Shown one piece after another: positions 38,701 through 50,683 of a stretch of 64,000 nucleotides of DNA (position 1 is the first letter of the stretch; every line of letters begins with the position of its first letter). Position numbers and translations under genes: made by a program. The notes beneath the pieces were generated by a model that ran no database searches, was not told the DNA's origin, and saw only the letters and a list, made by a program, of their open reading frames with translations. The stretch comes from Epiperipatus broadwayi (Eukaryota; Animalia; Onychophora). Location: positions 7,440,001 through 7,504,000 of the forward strand of contig JAQFVV010000008.1 in the NCBI GenBank assembly GCA_028023455.1. Reading direction: 5' to 3'.

Positions 38701-41319
38701 GGATTTAATTATATTTTTTTGTTATATTATTTCTAAAATATATGCTCATATAATGCTAAAACAGAATCAGATATGAATTTCTTACTAAAGTAATGCAAAT
38801 GTCATTGTACTTTTACTGAATATTATAAGGTTGTCATATGTAATAGTAGTTCTGGTTGAGGAAATGATTTGCATTTTGAATTAGTTCACTAATGTGCTTA
38901 GAAAACTATATCTTCAGTTTATCTTCAATCTACATTACTTAGCAAGCTATTATCTCTCCACTGTAGAACTAAACTTTATATAAGCATGAGGTGTTTGTGG
39001 ATGTCAGATGCTGATTCAAATGTTTCTATAATCACTGTACACTAATTGATATTATTTTAATAAGTATTGTTTGTACAATAACTACCTATCCAGTGGCCTT
39101 CTTTAATTAAATTATGCTATTTAGTTTAATGACTGAAAATTTGCAGTACATATTGCTTTAAATCTAAAGCAATTTGGTGGTGTGACTATATTTTGGTTAC
39201 CTCAATTTTAAGCTAATATAGGCATGTGTTATTTTTTTTTGTAAAAAGATAATACAAAGCTTAACAGAGTATCAAATGACATCCAAAGCTTTTATTTAAT
39301 ATATACAATATCTTATTTTTCACTATATGATATTGTTTTGTCTTAATATATGCTATCTTTTCTCAAAATTTCAGAAAATCCTTTATATTATAATTGGTTA
39401 TTCGCATATTTATAATATATATAATTATATATAAAAATCTTGACTTGGACCCAAAGCTTAATCATTAGTTTAAATAACAGTATAAAAATAAAAGATGATC
39501 ACTAAATAGTTATAACACAAAGCAGGGCTTTGTATCAGAAAGCTAGTTACTCCAAAGTATTTAATAGAAATCTAATTTCCATTGATTATTCATATGGACT
39601 TAACTCTATATTCGGATTGGGAATTTATTGCTAACATTCTACATTATAGCAACTCAATACTATGCTGGAGCAATTGAAGCTATTTAATGTAAAACTTTTT
39701 GTTTATAATTAATAAATGTATGTAAAAGATTTTGGAGAAAATATTCATATCTGATATCTATGGCAATAATATGCACTTCTAGCTATATTATAGTTTTGAG
39801 GTAAATGCTATTTAAATTATTATATGATAAATATTATTTACAACATAATCATCAGACACATTTTCATTGATTAAGAAAGCTCTTCAGAAATTTTGAAATA
39901 TATCATTATTTAAACTTTAAATTAAACATAGCCACTTTGAGTAAACATTAAATGCCAAATGACTGATAAAACAAATGTCACAAAGGTGCTATTTTAGATG
40001 TATATATATATTGAATTATTATTATATGATTTAAAAATACAGACATTTAATGATTATAGTTGTATATATATATCTGGTTGATATTTGTAGAATTTACCTT
40101 AGTGAATGCTGAAATAGATATTGAAGGCTTTTTACAGAAACAATTGACCACAATTTATATTTGCTTATTGAAATCAAATTGATTAAAAAAATAATGAACA
40201 AAAGAAAAGCTGAACGGGCAGTGATTGCAAGGTTGAACTTTTATGAAAATACAATCGTGACATAGGAAAGATGCCAAGACTATTTTTAGTCATTGGAGGA
40301 CAATCTTTATAATTACTTTTATAGCAATGTATCCCTCTTATAATCATTTGTAACAATAATAAAGTCATTACTTTAATAAAAAAAATAATAATGATATTAT
40401 CTAACTTGTATAATAGAATGAAGACAATTATGACTAAATAATGATTATGGGGAGAAATTAAAACAAATATTTTGAATATTTCATAAAACTGATTTATAAA
40501 ATGAACATTGAGAAAAAGTATTTAAAATTTAACAATTAGAAGCATATCTAAGGACATTTTAAAGAATATATAAGTCAATCTGCAATATTTCTTTTAAAGT
40601 CAATGCTTATTCTAGTAAAGTGATTCTAGTTGGCCCTGTAAGGATATTATATATGTAGATTTCTTTTGAATCATGGATATCACTCTTTATCCAATATCAA
40701 TTTGTATTCAGATTGAAGTTATTTGTTTAAAAGTAGTTTATTCAACCAAAAGCTAGTGGAAAATAATTTCATTATTAAACCTGTTATTCAGTTTAGTAGA
40801 CATGATTTTTTTATTTATTTAGGTTCAAGTATCAAATGTAAATTGTTAAATTATTGTCAATTTTATAGAAACTTTTTAAAATTCCAGTATATAATGAAAA
40901 TTCAAATGTTTTCCTGGGCTACTTTTTATATCTTGTCTTAATTAGAAAATGACCTTGATCTATCAATATCTCCTTCATGTTATATATCTGAACTATTTCC
41001 ATTTAAATTTTTAAAATCTGTTTTTATATCAAATCTCACTTTGCTACTTACAACATACTTTTTTCTGTACTCTTTATGGTCTTAGAACTTTTATTTAATT
41101 TTCTATCACAAACTCCATGTCTTACAAGCATAAATTGAAATGTATGATACGTTGTTTATAATATATTCATATACATATATACCTTTTGCACATATGCTTA
41201 TATACATTTTTTTGTATATATTACCCATTAGATAAAAATGCCTGATATTGTCACTCATTAAGAATCTATTTTTGTATTGGTTAAGAATGATTTATGGTGG
41301 TTTTTTTTTTTTTTTTTAG

Positions 41320-41501
41320 GTTACTTCTAAACAGTTGACAAGTCTCATTCAAGGTAATGCTAAGTTTCAATTAAAGTATGGTAAAGCTGAATTAGCTGCT
41401 GCAATGTTAGAAGATCTTCGTAAAATTTATCCCAAAGATGTTAAAGTTTTAGCTCAGCTTATAACAGCATATTCACAGTTTGATCCCATAAGTGCTCAAA
41501 A
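41320..41501 (+). CDS. SRP72: SRP72 coding exon ending at a U12-type donor
   Basis: Poly-T tract ag|GTT ... CAA AA|gtatcctt; 182 nt; VTSKQLTSLIQGNAKFQLKYGKAELAAAMLEDLRKIYPKDVKVLAQLITAYSQFDPISAQ(K) vs human SLIREAANFKLKYGRKKEAISDLQQLWKQNPKDIHTLAQLISAYSLVDPEKAK. Confidence 0.95.
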
Positions 41502-41924
41502 GTATCCTTGGTGTATTTTTGGAGATTTATTAAAATTATTATTATAATATATAATATCAAAACTGTATTAAACAGAACACTTCTTTTCTTTACTATTAAT
41601 TTTTTTAAATTAATTATTAAAAAGTATTTCAAATATATAAAATATTTATTGAATATATATTTCAGTTCTTTTATACACCAAGAAATTCAATTTGTATTCT
41701 TTATATTAATGATAATTTTTAAAATATATGTATTTACTATAGATTTTTTTTTTAGAATATTTTAAAATCTCATATAAAATGTGTCATTTTTTTCCAAAAT
41801 AACAAGTATCTAAAAAAAGTAAAAATAGATAAATAATAATTTTAAATTTATCAAAATTATAGAAAAAAAAAAGGTGGCAATATTAATATTCTAAATTTTA
41901 TTTATGTGTATATATAAATGTGAT

Positions 41925-42170
41925 CTTGTAGGTATAGTGATTAGTATTTCTGCTTATCATGCTGGAATCTGGGATGTGAATCCAGACTCGGTAAAATTCA
42001 AATTTTTTCAGGTTTTCTATAGACTTAGAAATTTTCTTTTATGTAGATGACTATAAATAATACTTATCCACCCAGTTATTGGTTGGAAAATGGATATATA
42101 GCTATTCTATAGTTTGAGTATAAATTAAGTGATAAAAATTCCCCTCACCAACTAATATTTAACAAGCCTT
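41925..42170 (+). mobile_element. Degenerate tRNA-derived SINE
   Basis: 41931-41992 (GGTATAGTGATTAGTATTTCTGCTTATCATGCTGGAATCTGGGATGTGAATCCAGACTCGG) aligns to a tRNA-Asp-like A box/B box head with CpG-type decay, followed by a non-tRNA body (CCACCCAG...AAATGGATA). Too degenerate to be a functional tRNA. Confidence 0.5.
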
Positions 42171-44231
42171 TTTCAGTTTGTTTCTCTGATTTGCATACAC
42201 ACATTTACCTACAAATATACCACCTATACCAACAAACATGCTAGTCAAATCTTTTAGTGGGTTTTAATGAAACTTATAAGGAGAATTGGTTATGAGATAT
42301 TTCAGCATTTTTTCCTGTTGTAATTCAGAACTAAAGTTACTAATCTTTCTCCTCTAATGATTTAGTTATCATTAATGATGTATTTCTGAGGGGCTTCTTT
42401 TGATTTCTGTATTTCAGTGGATTGACTTTTAAAAATATTGTATTTGCATTCAGTCTTCTATAGCAATAAGTCTTTTCTAGAAACATTCATTATAATCTCA
42501 TATTATTAATAGTAGTGCTGTGTCTGCTGTGTTTTTAAAATAAAGATTTTTTTTTTTTTTAAATTTGGATGACTGATCTGTCTTTTTCGAAACAGCTTCA
42601 TATTAAATAAAACTACAGGTAGCATAATTTTAAATATTGTTGCAGCAGATAAGTTCAATCTCACTTTTTTGATTAATGTTTTTCACTTATTTGGGGTTTT
42701 TTTTTTTTATAAGTTAGAATTGATCTAGAAAATTAACTAGCAAACTATTCTACTTCTGAACTGTTTCCTCACCATAATAAACAAGTAATTCCTCCAACAA
42801 AATAAAAATAGTCAAAAGTCATGAAGGAATTTGAAAATCTAAGGTATTTGATTTAGAAAATAAAAAATTACTATTTTCATTCATTGTACCATTATGAACT
42901 TCCTAAGTATAAATTATGAGGATCAGTAGTAGAAATTAAAAATATTAGAAGCAATAAAAGGTATAATAATTATAAACTTTTTTATATTATTTGGGCCACT
43001 CTATACATATATTTTGGATGGTAAATAATTCTATTAAATAATACCTTCTTTTTTTTTTAAGAAGAAAAAAATCCTTATTTTCAAAAAATTTAAATTTGAT
43101 TCTATGCATAGAAAAGTCATGTATAATATGGAAAGGTTATTCAGAAAGAATCATTTTTTAATAAAGAAAAAAAGAGATCACTATTCACTAATTTCATTTT
43201 AGATTATTATTATATATATGCTAAATTAATTTATTACTTAATTACCATTTATTTAATGGTTGATCAATGTTTATTATCATTATAGAACTTCATTATCTAA
43301 TGATACATAAACATGTTATACATTCCGAGGAGAATATAAGTGATAATATTAAGTAATTCTTGCATAGTCTATATTATCTATATTACATAATGTTTATTTA
43401 TTGTTATTAAACAAATAGCATATTTGTTTGGTAATATTATTTTTTTTTATTTACATAAATTTTTTGCAAATGAATCATCATTTCTGGCATTTAGAAAATA
43501 GATCACTCTTTACAATTAAGAGGATTATTAATTTTTATTCGTGTTTTAACAGTAGTCAGTGATGACAAAGAGGAATGTGCATAAGTATATTTATTTCTTT
43601 AAATGTTAACATTATGGCTTACAAATTAGTATTTACATATATTATATATCTTAATGCACATGGAAACTACTTATTAAAGTCTCATCTAAAGCATGCTGCC
43701 AATCACAGAATGATCGAAAAATACACCACAAGTGAATCAACCGATGTCCCAAGTTTTAACATAGCTGACAATAAGAAATAATGTAAGAAGATACTACTCT
43801 TCACTTAATCATTCAACCATAAATAAATTTTGCTTGCTAAAATTGTATATAGGTAAAAAAAAAAAATGGGGCAAATTTGTGTGCATAGCAAGTCTGACAT
43901 TTATCGATAAAGCTTGTTAGAGCTATTAACACGCTTTTTATTTTGGTTTATAATTGCAAGCTTAACAAATTAAGTCTAGTGATTTATGACTTTTATTTTA
44001 TTTACTATTATAGTTTTAATTTTAAGTCTTAAGCTATGTTATATTGCTAAGGTTATTAATATATGATATAGCTGAAGATTTCTCAGCCCCATATAGATAT
44101 TTAAGTTAGATAGCTGGATTTGAGGACATATAGGTATTTGAAAATTTCAGATTTTCTACTTAAAAGTTAACTATCAGATAAGTGCTGGTTTGAGTTGGTA
44201 ATTGGGATCTAGTGTCTGAAATATCCTAGCG

Positions 44232-44271
44232 CCTGAATGAGGAAAGCCAATAGCTAGAAACCACTCTGGGG
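44232..44271 (+). ncRNA. Degenerate minimal type I hammerhead motif, unit 1
   Basis: CCTGA ATGAGGA A AGC CAATA GCT A GAAAC CA CTC TGGGG. Comparison with unit 2 reconstructs GAAAC CG GUC (palindromic stem III). Confidence 0.45.
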
Positions 44272-44646
44272 ATAATTTCTAGATAGAGATTTTAAATGCT
44301 TTCTCTTGTGGCATTAATCGGTAAAGCTTGTTAGAGCTATTAGCATGCTCTTTATTATAGGTCATAATTGCAAGCTTAACAAATCAAATCATGAGATGCA
44401 TGACTTCATTTTATTTACTATTACAGTTTTGCTTTTTAACTCTTAAGAGATGTTATATTGCTAAGGTTATTAATATATGGTATGGCTGAAGATTTCTCAG
44501 CCCCATATAGCTATTTAAGTTAGATAGCTGGATTTGAAGACATATAGATGTCTGAAAATTTCAGATTTTCTACTTAAAAGTTAACCATCAGATAAGTACT
44601 GGCTTTGAGCTGGTAATTTGGATCTAGTATCTGAATTATCGTAGCA

Positions 44647-44686
44647 CTTCATTGAGGAAAGCCAATAGCTAGAAACTGGTCTGGTG
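44647..44686 (+). ncRNA. Degenerate minimal type I hammerhead motif, unit 2
   Basis: CTTCA TTGAGGA A AGC CAATA GCT A GAAAC TG GTC TGGTG; retains the GUC triplet, with C3 changed to U. Confidence 0.5.
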
Positions 44687-46396
44687 ATAATTTCTAAATA
44701 GAGATTTTAAATGCTTTCTCTTGTGGCATTTATCGATAAAGCTTGTTAGAGCTATTAGCATGCTCTTTATTTTAGATTAAATTTCCCAGTCTAATAACAA
44801 AATATTTTATTTTCATAAAAAACAAAAACTCACACACATCAAGTATTCATATATAAATGCACTATATAAAACTAATAAAATGAAAGTGATTTATAAAATA
44901 ATTGAGAAAAAAAATTATAATTTATTATTACACTTAGCAATAAAAAAGTTTTAAATCACCAATCACTGATTTAAATACTGTTAGTTTACTTTGTCAACTT
45001 ATTAATAATTAAATTTTAAACATGTTACTTAATATATTTAATAAACAAGTACATAACATATTTTATCTTCCATATTTCTATTTTAAATCAGTTTTGCATT
45101 CAACAGTGAAATTATTTCATTGACATTTATAGACAGATCTGAATTTAATTATAGCAGATAAAATATCTTTATATAGCACTCACATTTAAATTAATTGCCA
45201 TATCACAAGATCTTTTATTCTAGATCTCTTTTACACATTATGGATCATTTTCTTAAAAAAGCCATACCCATTGCATGTGCACCCAAAATATTAACAAAAT
45301 ACATAACCAGAACAAGGCAGCAAAGACAAACTGAAAATCATACTATCAAGAGTCCAGTGTAAAATAAATAATGTGACCTGTTAAATGCTGATGAATAAAG
45401 TTACAATAATTGGCATCATGTCAATAAACACTACATTATCATCAATCTGCCCCAACAAATGACATAGAATGAACTCCACTCCATTTCTATCATCCATAGT
45501 ATTTCTTTAGACAGATTCTTAGAACAAAAATTCACCTTTTGATTGTCAACATTAATATATCATGTACTCAAAAATAATCCATCTCAAAATATATAGAGAT
45601 TTTTGCATTAGTAAACTCTATACAAAAGTATCTACAATGACAGAAATTTATGATAAATAATGACTGGTACATTCAGTTGTTAATTTTATATTAAAATATG
45701 TATGTATTTTCATTTTACTTTAATGATATATCTACTATCCTTTCAAAAGTCTGAAAAAATATAATCACCATAAATATATTAAAATAAAATATCATTAGTA
45801 AATTCTAAATTTCTTCTTAATGATTGAAACTTGTTAAAATTCAAAGACACTCAGACCTAATTCTGTTAATTCACTCTTTCATATTTTAACTTTCATTACA
45901 AATATTCTATTAAGGTTCATTCCCCATCTACTTATAATATTAGGAACAGGAGCAATAATTATTTTATTTTTGAAATTTATAATGAAAAAACTTTCGTTTT
46001 CTTTTGACTTGGAAAATTTACCGAAAAAATATAAAATATTTAACTTTGAGTTTTTTATATTTTTTTTTAGGGAACTATAATGGTTGTATATTGATACTAT
46101 TTATGATAATGGTTTTTAATTATTTTTGAATTTGCAGAATATTTGTAGAACACCAAAATTATAAAAAGCAATTCAATAATAAAAGAAAGTATAGACAAAC
46201 TTTTATTAATAATTATTTATTATAAATTATATAATAATAAAGAAAAGGAAATCATTCATAGAAAAAGAATATTTGTTAATTAATGTTAATGTGATATTTG
46301 AGCTTTATTTTACAGATTTCACAATATCTGATCTAAGTACTTTGTTCAAAATCATGTTTTCATTTAATTAATTTATATGTTTTGCAATATTATAAT

Positions 46397-49232
46397 TGTT
46401 ATATTTGTTTAAAAATAAATAGCAAAGTCAAGGGGCAAAATTACCCCAGAAGTTCTTTTTAAAAAGAAAAGAATGAGAGAAAGGAAATATTTTAAGTTAA
46501 ATAATTATAATGGAAATAATTATAATTAAAAACAAAAGCTGCAGAGATTAAATTCTATTAATTAAAAAACTAAACTATCTTACCAAAATCATTTAGATGA
46601 CTCTGGATAAGAATTAAGATAACAAGAAAGGTTAAATTAATTAAAAAAGATTTTGGAAAAATGTAACTAATAAGAAAAAAAACACAGGGGGACTAATATA
46701 AACTGTGAGTGGAAAATACTGCGCACTTGTGTTTTTTTTTCCATGCACCAGAAGGGTTGGATATGTGAATCAAGCATTTAGTACTGTTATCGTCACAACC
46801 GTCTCAATAATTTGTTGTTGTTTTTTTTTTATCCAAGTGTCATATATATTTAAAATTTCTTCACGTTTGGAGGATTATGTAATGGTTTGTATGTCATTGT
46901 CCCTCTCTGCAGACGTTAGGGATGAAGACATTACAAGATTGGTACTGTCAAATTTTCAAACCTAGTGAAGTTTGAAAGAAAACCTTGAAACAAGAATAGG
47001 CCACACGAGAAAGTCAACTAATAGATTTAGGTAACAAGGAAAAATGTCGTTAGGACAGAGCAATATTTCCAAATTTAGTATTGAAAATGCCGAGGTATGG
47101 CCTTTATATGTTATGCAATTGAAAAACTTTTTCAAGTTGAATGGTATAAAAGATAATGAAAAAAAAAGTGACCGCACGTTTGTGTTTAGCAGGACATAAA
47201 GTCATAGAAATTGTAAATAAATTATGGGACAGGCCGATAACCGATGGAATACAGTTCGAAGATATAGTTAAAAAAAAAAATCAATGGACTTTTTAGCCTG
47301 AGGCTGTCTAGACATGTAGCTAGATGTAACTCTTAGAAATAGAAACAGGCCAGGGAACAAAAAATTAAAGACTATGATATAGATAACATGAACTCGGAAA
47401 TATTAAACAGTGATACAGTGCAAAAGTGGACTATGGAAAATGAGGGATACCATTTGTTGATAAAGTGGATGAAAAAAGGTTAGCCTAAAATTAAATCTAG
47501 TTTTTTAGCACCGGGGTTTTGGGTTAACCATGATCAACTATCTATATGTCAGGGATGTATTGTCATGGGGGGCAGAATAGTTATACTTCCTTCAGATAGG
47601 GATAGAGTGCTAAGATTGTTACATCAAGAACATCTGGGCATAGTGTGGGCAAAAGCTTTGGCACATAGCTATGTCTGGTGGCTCCAAATAAATATAGATA
47701 TAGATAAATTTATAAAAAGATGTTCACCATGTCCTATGGAAAGCGCATTACCGATTAAGCATTATTCAGCATGGCCTAAACAAAGCATGGAAAAGAGTTC
47801 ATATTGACCATGCCGGATCAATAGATGGGAAAATAATTTTCATTGCAATGGACGCTCATTCAAAATGGATAGAGAGCTACGAGTGCTCAGGAAACAATTA
47901 AATGTTTAAAAACAATTTGCTACATACATGGGTTTCCTGAAGTAGTTGTATCAGATAATGGCATTGGATTTGTAGGTGATGAACTAAATAAATTTTTTAG
48001 CAGTTATGGAATTAAACATGTGCATACACCACTATATCATCTGGAGTCAAACGGACTAGCAGAAACCACCGTGCAACAAATAAAAAAAAGTTTTAAAAAA
48101 TGGGAAAATGTAGACGTGCAAGAAGCACTACAAGAATTTATGCTACATCAGCATACTACACCATCGACAGCGACCGGAAATCACCAGCAGAACTAATGTG
48201 TGAGCAGAAATTGAGAACTAAATTAGCTATATTATGCCCCAGTGCTCAAAGTTTTGTGTTTAATAAGACGTCAGGGAAAACGTTTTCAATAGGAGAACGT
48301 GTATGGGTGAGAAGCATAATTCGCAAAAAATGGGTCGAAGACATAATTGAAAAATTAATGTATATAAAAAATATAAACCATATAAGGAAATGAGAGTTGG
48401 AAGAAATACAACTGGATGTGTTTTAAGAAATAGGAACCCAGGAGATGAAGGGTAACCCAGAACAGGAAATAACCTAAAATGAGAGAATAGGAGAGAAAAG
48501 AGAAGTGAGAGAAGTTCATCATAAAGCTGAAAAAGAGAAATCATCCAGACCCGTACGAGATAAAAGGAAACCATGCAGATTAAATGATTATGTGTAAAAT
48601 AAATATACGCTAACTTCTGGAATGAGGGAGAAAGTGTATTTGTTTAAAAATAAATAGTGAAGTCAAGGAACAAAATTACTCCAGAAGTTATTTTTTTAAA
48701 AATAAGAATGAGAGAAGGGAAATATTTTAAGTTAAATAATTATAATGGAAATAATTATAATTAACAACAAAAAATGCAGAGATTAAATTGTATTAATTAA
48801 AAAACTAAACTATCTTATCAAGATCGTTTAGATGAATCTGAACAAGGATTAAGATAACAAGAAAGGTTAAATTAATTAAAAAAGTTTTTGGAAAGATGTA
48901 GTTGATAAGGAAAAAAATAGGGGGACTATATAAACTGTGAGTGGAAAATACTGCACACTTGTGGGTTTTTTTCCTTGCACCAGCAGGGTTGGATATGTGA
49001 ATCAAGCATTTAGAACTGTTTTCATCACAACCGTCTCAATAATTTGTTGTTGACCATTATACAAGTAAATCAAGCTATTAGAACTATTTAGTCATAACCG
49101 TTGAATAATTTGTTCTTTTTTTTTTTTTTATCCAAATCTCATATATATTTAAAATTTCTTCACATTTGGAGGATTATAACAGATTGTATGTCCGTCCCCC
49201 CCTCTGCAGACATTAGGGGCAAAGACATTACA
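46397..49232 (+). mobile_element. Internally deleted Ty3/Gypsy (Mag-like) LTR element, 2836 bp (gag N-terminus + integrase only)
   Basis: LTRs 46397-46935 and 48635-49232; perfect TSD ATAAT (46392-46396, 49233-49237); decayed PBS TGGTACTGTC; PPT GAGGGAGAAAG; gag start MSLGQSNISKF...VWPLYV; integrase LLHQEHLGIVWAKALAHSYVWW...CSPC, VVVSDNG, ESNGLAE. Confidence 0.92.
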
Positions 49233-50563
49233 ATAATGATAAATAATTATTTCTAATATAAATTTTAACTGATGATAAAAATATTTAATGTAAACCGATA
49301 ATAATATAATTATTAAAGTTAAAATATGTTTAGATAGTTTATTTGAATATGTAATCTGCAACTTATCAGTATGCTGCAGTTCGGTCAAGCATCATTTTTT
49401 AGTTTCTATTCACTTTAGAACAATTGTTTTATTTTCTTAATAATCTTTCATAATTTCACTGAACTCTTACAATTACTTCACAGAATACAAATGAAGAATC
49501 ATTGATCTTTGTCAATGACTTTTCTGAATAGACTATTGTTGAATAATTATGGTCCTTAATTGATTATTATCTAATATACATTGGGAAATCTATTTCTTTT
49601 TAACCATTGTTCATTTTTTGATGGGAGATATTCAATAAGACCACTTAACTATGTTTTATTGCTTATGTCTCTAATCATTAATCTCCAAAAATCAAAATTT
49701 TTTTAAAAACTTTTTTATAGATGTTTGATGAATAATTAATTGGATTTTTTTATCTAAAACTTCAAGATAACTAATTATTTAATTAACTTTCTAAATGTAG
49801 GGAAAATGTTTAATTTAGTTAAAGTAATATCAAGCAAACATTATACAGTATTCTCTTCATTAATATCTCAGAGATGATGATGATCATATAGGAAAATAAT
49901 TTAGGTTATAATATAGTGATGTAGTATAAATTCTGCAAAAAATTTATTCCTTTTTTATTATTACTTATTTTATGCCTGGATGGCTGTCATATATATAAAG
50001 TTTTTGGAATTTTTCCATATACAAGAACAGCCAAAGAGTCATTTATTTGGAACAAGATCAGTAGATGAGCAATATTTATTGCTATTGTGGTTATTCTTGT
50101 CTACTTATGAAAAAAATTCAAAAAATATTTTATCACTTTTATTGATTAAAATATAAGTATCAGTAAATATTAATAGGATTTATTTTTAACAGAATATCTA
50201 AGTGCATAATTAATATATTATAGAGCTATATCTTATTATAAATAAGAATATTTAAAATTCTTTATTAATTCATTATCTAATTAAGATATTATATACTAAT
50301 CTCTGCTTAGTATAAATAAGTTCAAGCCTATTCTGATTGGTAATTAGTGATTTTGGGATTGGTATAGTTATTGAGCGAATTCCCTTGAAACAATTCTGGG
50401 ATCCTTGTCATAGTTCACAATTCAGAATTTAGCTAATATATAATGTCTTGAATCTTAACTAAATAATGAGCTAATAAAGAGTACTTAAATGCTCTCATTC
50501 ATATAATTAATTGAATTTGTAAATATAAACTTCTTTAAATTTTGACTTTAATTGATACTCAAG

Positions 50564-50683
50564 AGTAAGCAAAAACTTACCTCCATCCAGTGATATGTCC
50601 TTTGATGTAGATGTTGATGCTTTAGAAACAGGTCAATTAACAATGAGCATTAAGAAGAAAACTACTAAGGAAATAACTCAACA
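50564..50683 (+). CDS. SRP72: SRP72 coding exon
   Basis: caag|A GTA AGC ... CAA CA|gtaagt; 120 nt; (K)VSKNLPPSSDMSFDVDVDALETGQLTMSIKKKTTKEITQ vs human LSKHLPSSDSMSLKVDVEALENSAGATYIRKK. Confidence 0.93.

Larger units (their letters stand above)
43898..44775 (+). repeat. Tandem repeat, 2.1 units of 414-415 bp, each with a hammerhead-like motif (Penelope pLTR / retrozyme-like)
   Basis: Units start at 43898, 44312 and 44727 (CATTWATCGRTAAAGCTTGTTAGAGC) and are roughly 90% identical; no ORF. Confidence 0.85.
41502..50563 (+). other. SRP72: U12-type (minor spliceosome) GT-AG intron of SRP72, 9062 nt
   Basis: Donor GTATCCTT matches the U12 consensus RTATCCTT. The acceptor region tttgACTTTAATtgatactcAAG has a CTTTAAT branch-like motif 12-13 nt upstream of the AG and no polypyrimidine tract. 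Splicing here gives an in-frame SAQ-K-VSKNLP. Confidence 0.85.

Noticed and set aside
41502-41547. ORF-track extension KYPWCIFGDLLKLLL after the SRP72 exon
   Set aside because: Read-through into the U12 intron; homology stops at the GTATCCTT donor.
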